From: Clostridia bacterium | GTDB lineage: Bacteria; Bacillota; Clostridia; UMGS1840 | Direction: 5' to 3' | DNA length: 64,000 nt | NCBI GenBank assembly: GCA_017625695.1 | Contig: JAGAKI010000079.1 | Coordinates: 72,299 to 136,298 of the forward strand | Part shown: one piece after another, positions 46,752-56,291 of the stretch | How positions within the stretch are numbered: position 1 is the first letter of the stretch | Layout: the number at the start of each line of letters is the position of its first letter | Made by a program: the position numbers and the translations under genes | The notes under the pieces: model-generated | What the model was told of the DNA's origin: nothing | Database searches by the model: none | The model's input: only the letters and a program-made list of their open reading frames with translations

Positions 46752-47897
46752 ATGGCACAAAAAAGAGATTATTATGAAGTGCTTGGGGTGTCCAAGAGTG
46801 CGACAGAGGCGGAACTGAAAAAAGCCTACCGTCAGGTAGCAAAAAAGTATCATCCCGACTTAAACCCCGACAATAAAGAAGCAGAAGCCAAGTTCAAAGA
46901 AGCAAACGAGGCTTACGAAATCCTGTCCGACCCTCAAAAACGTCAGCAGTATGACCAGTTTGGTCATGCAGCGTTTGAAAACGGCGGGGCAGGTGCCGGC
47001 TACGGTGCCTACGGAGATTTCGGAGGCTTTTCCGATATTTTTGACAGCTTTTTCGGTGGCGGTTTCAGCGGCTTTGGCGGCGGTGGCGGCAGAAACAGAA
47101 GAAACGGTCCCCAAAAGGGTCGGGACTTACAGAAAAGTGTCACCATCACCTTTATGGAAGCCTGCTTTGGCGTAAAGAAAGAAATTTCCATTTTAAAATA
47201 CGAAGCGTGTAGCGAATGTGGCGGATCGGGTGCCAAAAAGGGGACTTCTCCGGAAACCTGTCCCACCTGTCACGGAAGCGGTACGGTGAATCAGACCCAG
47301 CGGACTCCGTTCGGAGCGTTCCAGACCTCTGCCCCCTGTTCTCATTGCGGCGGTACCGGTCAGATTATTAAGGAATCCTGTAAAGCCTGCGGCGGTAGCG
47401 GTCAGGTCAGAAAAACCAAAACCTTGGAAATTAACATTCCCAAAGGAATTGATGACGGTCAGACCTTAACCATCCGCGGGGAAGGAGAACCTGGCAAACG
47501 CGGCGGTCCCAACGGCGATTTATACTTAGAAATCCGAGTGCAAAAAGATAAGATTTTCCAGCGTGACGGCTACGATGTATATGTGGAATTGCCCATCACC
47601 TTTACCGAGGCGGCATTGGGTGCCAAAGTTGTGGTTCCCACCATTGACGGAAAAATCGAAATGAACATCCCTGAAGGAACTCAACCGGATTCCCGTTTTG
47701 TATTAAAAGGAAAAGGGATTCCCTATCTGCGTGGAAACGGCAACGGCAATCAGTATGTGATTGTAAAATTAGAAGTTCCCAAAAAGCTCAGTCAGAAACA
47801 GAAGGATTTGCTGAAAGAATTTGAAGGCACCTACGAAGGCTCCAACCATTCCAAGAAGAAATCCTTTATGGAAACCCTAAAAGATATGTTTTCCTAA
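46752..47897 (+). CDS. dnaJ: molecular chaperone DnaJ
   Basis: J-domain HPD, G/F region, four CxxCxGxG repeats. Confidence 0.97.
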   Translation: MAQKRDYYEVLGVSKSATEAELKKAYRQVAKKYHPDLNPDNKEAEAKFKEANEAYEILSDPQKRQQYDQFGHAAFENGGAGAGYGAYGDFGGFSDIFDSFFGGGFSGFGGGGGRNRRNGPQKGRDLQKSVTITFMEACFGVKKEISILKYEACSECGGSGAKKGTSPETCPTCHGSGTVNQTQRTPFGAFQTSAPCSHCGGTGQIIKESCKACGGSGQVRKTKTLEINIPKGIDDGQTLTIRGEGEPGKRGGPNGDLYLEIRVQKDKIFQRDGYDVYVELPITFTEAALGAKVVVPTIDGKIEMNIPEGTQPDSRFVLKGKGIPYLRGNGNGNQYVIVKLEVPKKLSQKQKDLLKEFEGTYEGSNHSKKKSFMETLKDMFS

Positions 47898-47901
47898 AGA
47901 G

Positions 47902-47942
47902 AAAAAAGCTTTCATTCTGAACACAGAATGAAAGCTTTTTTT
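47902..47942 (+). terminator. Rho-independent terminator of the dnaK operon
   Basis: AGCTTTCATTCTG/CAGAATGAAAGCT followed by T7. Confidence 0.85.
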
Positions 47943-48027
47943 GCATCCAAGACTTTTTCTTGACATTTTCCGACTTTTTTGCTACAATTTTCTTTGGAAA
48001 TTTATCCTCATAAAAAGGAATTGTATT

Positions 48028-48888
48028 ATGAAATCATCTGTTTTGATTCTGCTTGGTGCCATCCTTTGGGGCATCATCGGGATTTTTGTAAGAACTCTGA
48101 CGCCTCTCGGTTTTTCTGCTGTTGAACTGGTTACTCTGCGGTCTTATATCACGGCAATCGGCTTAGTTTTGATTCTTCTGATAACCAATCCCCAAAAGCT
48201 CATCATCAAGCTGTCTCACCTCTGGTATTTTGTGGGAACGGGACTTCTAAGCTTTGTATTCTTTAATACTTGTTATTTTAAGGCAATGGAATATGCTTCC
48301 CTTTCGGTCGCAGCAATTCTGTTGTATACGGCACCCTTTTTTGTAATGGGAATGTCGGCAGTCTTTTTGAAAGAAAAAATCACACGGCAAAAAATTGTTG
48401 CATTACTGGTTGCCTTTTTGGGTTGTATTCTGGTGTCTGGTGTGGCAGATGGCGGAGCTTCCCTGTCTGCCCGCGGATTTTTGTGGGGTCTTGGCGCCGG
48501 ATTCGGATATGCACTCTATTCTATCTTTGCAACCTTTGCCTTAAAAAAATATGATACCTTAACGGTAATTACCTATACCTTTTTGGTAGCAGCGGTGAGT
48601 GCAACTTTTCTTTGTAATCCCATCCACATGGCACAAACTCTCTCCCAATCGCCTCAAAGTCTTTGGATTCTGATTCTCTACGGTATTTTAACAGGGGCAG
48701 CGGCATACTATTTCTATACCAAAGGGTTAGAAAAAACACCTCCGGCAAAAGCCTCGGTCATCGCCACGGCAGAACCGGTAGTTGCTACCATATGCGGAGC
48801 CATGTGTTTTGGAGAAATCCCTTCGGTATTTGGAATAGCAGGAATTTTTTTAGTGATATTTGCAGTATTGTATTTACAAAAACAGTAG
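48028..48888 (+). CDS. EamA/DMT-family transporter
   Basis: 10 TM, two EamA-like halves. Start MKSSVLILLG at 48028. Confidence 0.8.
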   Translation: MKSSVLILLGAILWGIIGIFVRTLTPLGFSAVELVTLRSYITAIGLVLILLITNPQKLIIKLSHLWYFVGTGLLSFVFFNTCYFKAMEYASLSVAAILLYTAPFFVMGMSAVFLKEKITRQKIVALLVAFLGCILVSGVADGGASLSARGFLWGLGAGFGYALYSIFATFALKKYDTLTVITYTFLVAAVSATFLCNPIHMAQTLSQSPQSLWILILYGILTGAAAYYFYTKGLEKTPPAKASVIATAEPVVATICGAMCFGEIPSVFGIAGIFLVIFAVLYLQKQ

Positions 48889-48983
48889 CATGAAACCTGT
48901 CGTATCATTGGTTTTCCCCTGAAATCCTAATGGAGTTTTTTTCCCTCATTTTAGGGAAAGAGAGGCATTTTCTCTATCCAACG

Positions 48984-49029
48984 AAAAAGACGAAATTCAA
49001 ATTTTTTACTTTTGAATTTCGTCTTTTTT
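48984..49029. terminator. terminator module (family copy 2)
   Basis: GACGAAATTCAAA-9 nt-TTTGAATTTCGTC with flanking A and T tracts. Near-identical to 41556-41603. Confidence 0.8.
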
Positions 49030-49030
49030 G

Positions 49031-49282
49031 CTATATTTCACTTGATTTTATTTGCTCTTGTATTTCTTCTATCTTTTCTAATTTTAAAGTGTAATTCTCA
49101 TTGCGGGGACACTCAATATGCACACATTCGTTACAAGGTTTTTTTCGGAAATGCTCAATACAACACCCCAAATAGTTACATTCATCACAACAACATTCGT
49201 TCCCGTTTTCTCCGTTTCCCGGGCAGTCTTTTCCGCCATTCCCCGGAATCAGTTCAATTCCTGTAGGTCCGTCAATAATCAT
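49031..49282 (-). CDS. small cysteine-rich protein, paralog C (83 aa)
   Basis: The protein is identical to paralog A. Six synonymous nucleotide differences, and a TAG stop where A has TAA. Confidence 0.85.
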   Translation of the reverse strand: MIIDGPTGIELIPGNGGKDCPGNGENGNECCCDECNYLGCCIEHFRKKPCNECVHIECPRNENYTLKLEKIEEIQEQIKSSEI

Positions 49283-49295
49283 AGATATTTCCTCC

Positions 49296-49328
49296 AAAAA
49301 TAAAAAATGCGCAGCCGAAGCTACGCAC
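49296..49328 (-). terminator. leader terminator immediately upstream of the RBS of paralog C
   Basis: Minus strand GTGCGTAGC-TTCG-GCTGCGCAT followed by TTTTTTATTTTT, then GGAGG. Confidence 0.7.
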
Positions 49329-49490
49329 GAAAAATGCATAACTCCTTTGCTTGCGACAAAAATTTACATCTTAGGGCATGAAACTCCAAAAGTATGCAAA
49401 AACAGAGTATGCATTTTTACCAATAGTAAAAATACACACTTTCAGAGTAATTCATGCAGAGAATCAATATGAAATTTTTGTCGCAAAATT

Positions 49491-49519
49491 ATTGTACCAT
49501 AAATATTCTGATTTTGCAA
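49491..49519 (-). promoter_or_regulatory. promoter of paralog C
   Basis: Minus strand TTGCAA-17 nt-TACAAT with an extended-10 TGG. Confidence 0.65.
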
Positions 49520-49699
49520 TACTTTTTCGTTTTTTTATGTCAAGGGAGCAGGGGGAATTTTCGATATTCCCCCTATCCCCCTTAACGAACCCCTTACCCC
49601 TTTTACACGAGTGCTCAGTCAACCCACGGCTGTCCTATCCGACAATTTGGAAAACGAAAGAAAGATGTTCCACATTAGGCTTTTGGTAACCTATAATAT

Positions 49700-49851
49700 C
49701 GTTATCGAAAGACGAAACGAAAAAAATCCGCCCTTATTTTCGCAATTCTCTACCGTTATCAAACGACGGAGGTTCGGGATTGCGGAAATACCAGGCGGCA
49801 GTTTCTTTTTTTGGTTCGTTTTTTCTTTGCTGTCAAAGAAAAAAATGAACA
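49700..49851 (-). repeat. ~145-bp interspersed element, copy E4 (reverse orientation)
   Basis: The reverse complement matches E1 and E3. Confidence 0.8.
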
Positions 49852-49898
49852 TATAAAAAAATTTTAATTCCAAACAACGTTTGGTCACAACCACACAG

Positions 49899-49925
49899 CG
49901 GGACGATGTGGGCATCGTCCCCTAC
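49899..49925. repeat. REP-like palindromic hairpin (reverse orientation)
   Basis: CGGGACGATGTGGGCATCGTCCCCTAC. Confidence 0.85.
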
Positions 49926-50017
49926 GAGGGTTAATTCAACGTTTTGGGAGTACACAAACGTATGGTACCACCCATACAAAAACGTTATCAAAAGACGAAC
50001 AATATGATATCATACAA

Positions 50018-50044
50018 CGGGACGGTGTGGGCACCGTTCCCTAC
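50018..50044. repeat. REP-like palindromic hairpin (reverse orientation, variant)
   Basis: CGGGACGGTGTGGGCACCGTTCCCTAC. Confidence 0.8.
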
Positions 50045-50065
50045 AGGATTTGGTTTCCGTTGTCA

Positions 50066-50099
50066 CAAAAAAACAGCACCGATTTTGGTGCTGTTTTTT
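50066..50099. terminator. bidirectional terminator
   Basis: A8-CAGCACC-GATTTT-GGTGCTG-T6. Confidence 0.75.
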
Positions 50100-50120
50100 C
50101 ATCGATAAGTTTTTTTAAAA

Positions 50121-50528
50121 TTAGAATTCTTTTTTCAGTTCAACACCGTTTGCATCGGTAGAAATGGAACCGGTTAACAGTCTGATAAAGTCAATTAATG
50201 CCCAGATAGAACCGCCAACACCGGTACATACGGTCAATACGATTTTAATGATACCCCATTTGGTGTAGCCTAAGTAGAAATCGTGAATACCGATTCCGCC
50301 CAAGAAGAAAGCTAACAGAACAGCAGTCAGCTTGGATTTCTGTTCGCCGTTAGCTGCTACAGCAGCTTTTACAGCAGCACCGCAGCTGGTACAGATAGCA
50401 GCACCGGGATTAATGGGCTGTCCGCAATTTGCACAGAATTTTTCTCCGTTTCCTTTCGCAAAGCCGCAGCTCATACAAGCTACCGCATTTTCGTTCATTT
50501 CTGCGCCACAGTTTTTACAATACATCAT
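50121..50528 (-). CDS. double zinc-ribbon / TM2-domain membrane protein
   Basis: Two CxxC...CxxC ribbons (CKNCG..CMSCG, CANCG..CTSCG) plus a TM2-like region LLAFFLGGIGIHDFYLG. Confidence 0.75.
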   Translation of the reverse strand: MMYCKNCGAEMNENAVACMSCGFAKGNGEKFCANCGQPINPGAAICTSCGAAVKAAVAANGEQKSKLTAVLLAFFLGGIGIHDFYLGYTKWGIIKIVLTVCTGVGGSIWALIDFIRLLTGSISTDANGVELKKEF

Positions 50529-50552
50529 AAAGTCCCCCTCGTAAAAATAAAT

Positions 50553-50900
50553 TTAGAATAGTATAATTTTTATCATCCAGTTTATCATTGCCACGGCTGC
50601 AATTCCCAATAAGAGATAGCGGTGTATGCGATGTCGCAACTCAAATAACAGATACACAACTACATACGGCAGAAAAAAGATGGTCACATTATAAGCTGCC
50701 GCACCTGAGAAATCTCCTTTCAGTAAACAAAGAAAGGCACGTGTCATCCCGCAGCCGGGACAGGGAATTTTAAAAAATTCCAAAAACACACAGGAAATTC
50801 CAAAATAATTCATCACCGTGTATGCCACGGCAAAATAGAAAATGACCGCCAAAAAAACCAACAGTTTTTTGGGGATATCTTTGTTTGTTTTCAGCATCAC
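50553..50900 (-). CDS. DUF2752-like membrane protein
   Basis: CPGCGMTRAF motif. 4 TM. Confidence 0.7.
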   Translation of the reverse strand: MMLKTNKDIPKKLLVFLAVIFYFAVAYTVMNYFGISCVFLEFFKIPCPGCGMTRAFLCLLKGDFSGAAAYNVTIFFLPYVVVYLLFELRHRIHRYLLLGIAAVAMINWMIKIILF

Positions 50901-50916
50901 AGAACGACGGTTTTGA

Positions 50917-51408
50917 TTAACCTTTCACGTTGTAATCTGCGCACATCAGATTGGTGGCTTTGAATAATTTATGGGTATAAACAAAGGGACCGATCAGAAT
51001 GATGCTTCCCAATACGTTCCACAGCCAGAAATCTGCACAGGAGAACTTGTAATCGATATTTCTTCTTTTTAATTCGTTACCGATACGATTGGAAATTTTG
51101 TGGAGCCACACAATAGCAGCAATTCCAAGGGTAATGGGAGCAATAATGAAGTATAACAGGCAGTAATGCATGGTTCTTTTTCCGTCATAGCGGCTGGCAA
51201 CAATGTTGATATCGTTGCTGACGGAAGACATTACAACCAGACCGTAAATCCCGAAGGTAATCAGATTCAACAGGATATACTTCAAAAGACCTTTGTTGGT
51301 TTTTAACTGACCAACGGGTGCTTGGTACGATTGCACCGCAGCACCGCAGCCTACGCAGACAGCGGCACCTTCATTGATTTGTGCACCGCAGTTACTACAG
51401 AATTTCAT
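50917..51408 (-). CDS. zinc-ribbon / DUF4234-like membrane protein
   Basis: MKFCSNCGAQI..CVGCGA ribbon and a LLNLITFGIYGL region. Start follows a GAAGGAGGAAG RBS. Confidence 0.7.
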   Translation of the reverse strand: MKFCSNCGAQINEGAAVCVGCGAAVQSYQAPVGQLKTNKGLLKYILLNLITFGIYGLVVMSSVSNDINIVASRYDGKRTMHYCLLYFIIAPITLGIAAIVWLHKISNRIGNELKRRNIDYKFSCADFWLWNVLGSIILIGPFVYTHKLFKATNLMCADYNVKG

Positions 51409-51648
51409 AGTTTCTTCCTCCTTCTGATATGACACTTCCTAATATGTCATATTTTTACAAATTATAACATAATATTTGGTTCTTGACAAGTGGTATTTCA
51501 CAAAAAAACCTCATTTTTTCTTTACAATTTTGAGACAAAAGAGTATTTCATTCAGGAAAGAACCCAAAAACCTTGTAATTTACGGAAAAAATTTCATCCA
51601 CACCTTGCAAAAAAAGGAAAAGCATATTATAATATAGAATAGTGGAAT

Positions 51649-53022
51649 ATGGACAAAATGAAACGAGGAAAGGCGGACATTTTCATAATGTTTAAAGATT
51701 TTTCTGATTTTAAAAATAAATTGATGGGGAAACGGGTTGGCATATTGGGACTTGGTGTCAGCAATCTGCCTCTGTTAAAGCTTCTTTTGGCAAACGGCAT
51801 CACCGATATTACCATCCGTGACAAAAATCCGGATCCCGCATTGAAAGAAGAAGCACCCGACGCACACTGGATTACGGGAGAGGACTATTTAAAGGACATC
51901 ACAGAGGATTATATTTTCCGTTCTCCCGGTATCATGCCTACGCTGCCCGAATTGCAACAGGCGGTAGCAAACGGAGTACAGATGACTTCGGAAATGGAAG
52001 CCTTCTTTGACCTTTGCCCGGCAAAAATCATTGGAATTACGGGAAGTGACGGCAAAACCACCACCACTACCTTAATTTACGAGATTTTAAAAAAGGCAGG
52101 CTATACCTGCCATTTGGGCGGAAACATCGGGCATCCGTTGCTTTCCGATTTGGAAAACATCAAAGACGACCATATTGTAATTGTGGAATTGTCTTCTTTC
52201 CAGCTGATGACCATGAAAAAAAGTGCAGATATTGCAGTTATTACCAATCTGGCACCCAATCATCTGGATAAGCATACCGATATGGCGGAATATTGTAACG
52301 CCAAGAAAAATATTTTTCAGTTTGGTGCTACCCAAACGGTGTTCAATCTGGAAAACGATATCACAAAAGAATTCATCCGGGAAGATTCGCTCTCTTTCAG
52401 CCTGAAACAACCGGTTGACAAAGGTGCTTACTTACAGGATGACATTCTTTATTTTAACGGGACCGAAGTGATGAAACGCTCCGATATTGTGCTGCCGGGA
52501 ATTCACAATGTGGATAACTACTTAGCGGCAATCTGTGCGGTCAGCACGCTTTGCGATTTATCTTATGTGAAAGAAGTTGCCACCACCTTTGGCGGTGTGG
52601 AACACAGAATCGAATTTGTCAGAGAATTAGACGGTGTCCGTTATTATAACGATTCTATTGCTTCCAGTCCCTCCCGTGCCATTGCGGGACTGCGTTCCTT
52701 CCGGCAAAAAATCATTGTCATTGCCGGAGGCTCCGATAAAAACATTCCCTTTGATACCTACGCCAAAGAAGTTTGTCAGCGTGTGAAATATCTGATTGTG
52801 ATGGGACACACCAAAGAAAAAATCAAATCAGCCGTTCTGCAAGAACAGCCCGATTTTCCCATTTTTGAAGCGTGTGACCTTGCGGATGCAGTCCGTCTTG
52901 CCCGTGAACAAGCAACTGCCGGCGATGTGGTAATGCTGTCTCCCGCCTGTGCAAGCTTTGATTATTTTAAGAATTTTATGGAACGGGGAAATCTGTTTAA
53001 AGAATACGTAAACCGGTTGTAA
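51649..53022 (+). CDS. murD: UDP-N-acetylmuramoylalanine--D-glutamate ligase
   Basis: GLGVSN and GITGSDGKTTT. Start uncertain (51649, 51658 or 51688). A TTGCAA-17-TATAAT promoter lies at 51605-51633. Confidence 0.93.
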   Translation: MDKMKRGKADIFIMFKDFSDFKNKLMGKRVGILGLGVSNLPLLKLLLANGITDITIRDKNPDPALKEEAPDAHWITGEDYLKDITEDYIFRSPGIMPTLPELQQAVANGVQMTSEMEAFFDLCPAKIIGITGSDGKTTTTTLIYEILKKAGYTCHLGGNIGHPLLSDLENIKDDHIVIVELSSFQLMTMKKSADIAVITNLAPNHLDKHTDMAEYCNAKKNIFQFGATQTVFNLENDITKEFIREDSLSFSLKQPVDKGAYLQDDILYFNGTEVMKRSDIVLPGIHNVDNYLAAICAVSTLCDLSYVKEVATTFGGVEHRIEFVRELDGVRYYNDSIASSPSRAIAGLRSFRQKIIVIAGGSDKNIPFDTYAKEVCQRVKYLIVMGHTKEKIKSAVLQEQPDFPIFEACDLADAVRLAREQATAGDVVMLSPACASFDYFKNFMERGNLFKEYVNRL

Positions 53023-53146
53023 AAGGCGTGAAAAACCTTGGGTTACGGCTCCCTCACTACGGGGGATTCCTGTTCGTACATTGTATGGTACCATACAATG
53101 TTAGATTTTCCGCAAAAATTATTGATTCCGAAAGGAACTGATTCCT

Positions 53147-54133
53147 ATGAAGCAATTAGAAAAATTAGTCAAAACACCAGCCGTGTCCGGCTTTGAAACC
53201 ATGGGTCGGGACCGGTTGTTTGAAATATTTGAAAAATTTGATTTAACGCCAAAAACCGACGAATACGGAAACATCTATGGAGAAAAAAAGTCGGCGTTTT
53301 CCCAATTTCATATTTTAATTGATGCCCACATTGACGAAATCGGTCTCATTGTGACCGAGGTGTTGGACGGTGGTTTTTTGCGGTTTGAACGGGTCGGCGG
53401 AATCGACCCGACCAATCTCTTATGCCAGGAGGTAATTGTCCTTGCCAAAGAACCCATCTATGGGGTTATTGGTGCCATTCCCCCGCATCTTGCCAAAAAA
53501 GAAGAGGACAAAAAAGAGGAACTCCTTTTGATTGATACCGGATTGCAAAATGCCAAAGAGCTGATTGCCCCCGGGACTCCCGTGAAGCTGAAATCTTCCT
53601 ACCTGAAATTAAAAAACAATCAGATTTCCTCCGGTGCCATGGATGACCGTGCGGGACTGCTGACGGCTTTGATGGCAGTCAAAAAATGGAAGCAGGACGT
53701 AAACGTTACTGTGCTCGGCAGTACCCGTGAAGAACTGGGATTGCAGGGACTGGAACTGTTTTTAAAGAAACGTTCCTTTGATCTTGCCATTGTGATTGAT
53801 GTGACTCACGGATACTTCCGTGGGCTGAATCCCGGCCGTTCCTATCCCGTTGGGGAAGGATTTACCCTTTGCTATGGCGGAATCTTAGATAACCGGCTGA
53901 CCCGCTGGTTAGAACAGGAATTAATTCGCAAAGAAATTCCCTATCATACCGAACTGGAACCCTCCCATCCCGGCACCAATGCTTACTGTGCGGTGATGCA
54001 CCGGATTCCGGCGGTTATGATGTCCATTCCCTTAAAATATATGCATACTACGGTGGAAACCCTGTCGGAAACCGATCTAAAAAGCTTAGCAACGTTCCTT
54101 TCGGAAACCGATTGGAACAAAGCGTTGTGTTAG
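53147..54133 (+). CDS. M42-family metallopeptidase (FrvX/endoglucanase-like aminopeptidase)
   Basis: AHIDEIGLIVTEV and MDDRAGL motifs. Confidence 0.85.
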   Translation: MKQLEKLVKTPAVSGFETMGRDRLFEIFEKFDLTPKTDEYGNIYGEKKSAFSQFHILIDAHIDEIGLIVTEVLDGGFLRFERVGGIDPTNLLCQEVIVLAKEPIYGVIGAIPPHLAKKEEDKKEELLLIDTGLQNAKELIAPGTPVKLKSSYLKLKNNQISSGAMDDRAGLLTALMAVKKWKQDVNVTVLGSTREELGLQGLELFLKKRSFDLAIVIDVTHGYFRGLNPGRSYPVGEGFTLCYGGILDNRLTRWLEQELIRKEIPYHTELEPSHPGTNAYCAVMHRIPAVMMSIPLKYMHTTVETLSETDLKSLATFLSETDWNKALC

Positions 54134-54141
54134 GGGGGCAA

Positions 54142-55152
54142 ATGATGAAGTTTGAAAATGTACTGGAATTATTGGAGCAACTCACCGCTTTGAACGGGAC
54201 CTCCGGCTATGAGGACGAGGTCATTGGGTTTATTATCGGCAAATTACAAGAACATGGGATTTCCTATCATAAAGACCGACTGGGAAACATCATCGTACAA
54301 ACGGGAGAAAACCCCAACCGTATTGCTCTCTTTGCCCATATGGACGAGGTCGGCTTCGGGGTACGGGAAATCCGTGAGGACGGGATGATTCAGTTCGCTG
54401 CAATCGGCGGCGTGACAGATCAGATTCTCTTTTCCACTCCGGTGGTTATCGGAAAAAACAGAGTTCCCGGCATCATCGGAAACATTCCCAAGCATTTGCA
54501 GGAAAAATCTTCAGATAAGCAAATCAAAATTCCCGATATGATGATTGACATCGGTGCTACCTCCAAAAAGGATGCCCAAAGCTCAGTCAAAATCGGTGAC
54601 CCCATCTACTGGCACAGCGAGTTTGTGTCGTTCGGGGACGGACTCATCAAAGCAAAAGCATTAGACGACCGTGTTGGTGTTGCAGTCATATTAGCTCTTC
54701 TTCTGGAACAGGCATACTCTTTTACAGCGGTATTTACAACCAGAGAAGAAATCGGCATTATGGGAGCAAAAATGACTACGCCGTTAATTTCACCCCAAAA
54801 AGCAGTGGTGCTGGAAGTAACCACCTGTGCAGATATGCCGGGCATTTCGGAACCCACTACCAGACTGGGTCAGGGGGTTGCCCTGTCGGTGCTGGACGGA
54901 GCCAGCGTAGCAGACAAAAGCTGGAACGAAACCATCATTGCCTTAGCCAATGAAGAAAAAATCCCTTATCAAAAGAAATTAACCACCAAAGGGGGTAACG
55001 ATGCCGGTGCGGTTTCGTATATCTCCGGCGGAATCCCCACCACGGCACTGTCGTTACCGGGACGTTATATTCATTCCCCCGTCAGCGTCATTTCCAAAGC
55101 AGATTTGGAATCTATGTATCGCCTTTGCGAACTTTTATTGAAAAAGGTATAA
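54142..55152 (+). CDS. M42-family metallopeptidase, second paralog
   Basis: AHMDEVGFGVREI and LDDRVGVAV. Start MMKFENV follows a GGGGGG RBS. Confidence 0.85.
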   Translation: MMKFENVLELLEQLTALNGTSGYEDEVIGFIIGKLQEHGISYHKDRLGNIIVQTGENPNRIALFAHMDEVGFGVREIREDGMIQFAAIGGVTDQILFSTPVVIGKNRVPGIIGNIPKHLQEKSSDKQIKIPDMMIDIGATSKKDAQSSVKIGDPIYWHSEFVSFGDGLIKAKALDDRVGVAVILALLLEQAYSFTAVFTTREEIGIMGAKMTTPLISPQKAVVLEVTTCADMPGISEPTTRLGQGVALSVLDGASVADKSWNETIIALANEEKIPYQKKLTTKGGNDAGAVSYISGGIPTTALSLPGRYIHSPVSVISKADLESMYRLCELLLKKV

Positions 55153-55283
55153 AAAAATATCATTGTTATTTTTTTAACGCTTGCATTTTGTGCTTTTTTG
55201 TTGTATAATATAAACAGGAGATTTTGTTTTTTGAATCAATCCCCTGTTAACATGGTAAGAAAAACAGAAAGTGAGGGTTCTAA

Positions 55284-56216
55284 ATGCCAATCAAAATTCC
55301 CAATGCACTACCTGCCAGAAAAATTCTGGAAGGGGAAAACATTTTTGTCATGTCGGAAAAGCGGGCATGCAGTCAGCATATCCGTCCTCTTAAGATTGCC
55401 ATTCTGAATCTGATGCCCACCAAAATTGTCACTGAAACTCAGCTGTTACGACTGCTGGGGAACTCTCCTTTGCAGGTGGAAATCACCTTAGTGATGACCG
55501 ATTCCCACGAATCCAAAAATACTTCCGGAGAGCATCTTTCTGCGTTTTACAAACGGTTTTCGGAAATTAAAAACGAGCATTTTGACGGTATGATTATCAC
55601 CGGTGCTCCGGTGGAAAAGCTGGAATTTGAAGAAGTGGACTATTGGGAAGAACTCAAAGGAATTATGGACTGGTCTACCAAGCACGTTTGGTCTACCTTA
55701 CATATTTGTTGGGGTGCCCAGGCGGGACTTTATCACCATTTCGGAATCCCGAAATATGATTTGCCCGAAAAAATGTTCGGCATTTTTGAACACCGGTTAC
55801 TGCAAAACCATAAAAAATTGTTTTTCGGCTATGAGGATACCTTTTATGCTCCTCATTCCCGTCATACCGAAGTGCGGGAAGAGGATATCAGAAAAGTCCC
55901 CGAGCTGACTCTGGTTGCCACCTCCAAAGAAGCAGGAGTGTATGCGGTCACCACCAAAAAATACCGTCAGATTTTTATTATGGGACACTCGGAATATGAT
56001 AATGAAACGTTAGATCTGGAATATCGCCGAGATGTAGACCGCGGACTGCCTATTCGCATTCCCGTAAATTACTATCCCGACGATAATCCCAATAAAAAGC
56101 CTGTTAATAAATGGAGAAGCCACGCAACCTTACTCTTCTCCAACTGGCTTAACTATTGTGTTTATCAGATTACACCTTACGATATTGATAAGGTAACTCC
56201 CTACACCCATTCTTAA
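55284..56216 (+). CDS. metA: homoserine O-acyltransferase (MetA family)
   Basis: [12 protein letters not shown]-terminus, and the LNLMP and HICWG motifs of MetA. Confidence 0.92.
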   Translation: MPIKIPNALPARKILEGENIFVMSEKRACSQHIRPLKIAILNLMPTKIVTETQLLRLLGNSPLQVEITLVMTDSHESKNTSGEHLSAFYKRFSEIKNEHFDGMIITGAPVEKLEFEEVDYWEELKGIMDWSTKHVWSTLHICWGAQAGLYHHFGIPKYDLPEKMFGIFEHRLLQNHKKLFFGYEDTFYAPHSRHTEVREEDIRKVPELTLVATSKEAGVYAVTTKKYRQIFIMGHSEYDNETLDLEYRRDVDRGLPIRIPVNYYPDDNPNKKPVNKWRSHATLLFSNWLNYCVYQITPYDIDKVTPYTHS

Positions 56217-56291
56217 CAGTGAATCTCTGATTAATTTTATTAAAATTACTAAATTACTAAATTACTAAAAAAGGAAAGGAAGCGAATCAAA

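Noticed and set aside
55153-55283. Possible S-box/SAM riboswitch upstream of metA
   Set aside because: The leader after the TTGCAT-17-TATAAT promoter is only about 75 nt, with a single weak hairpin. It is too short for SAM-I and no recognisable SAM-class core was seen.
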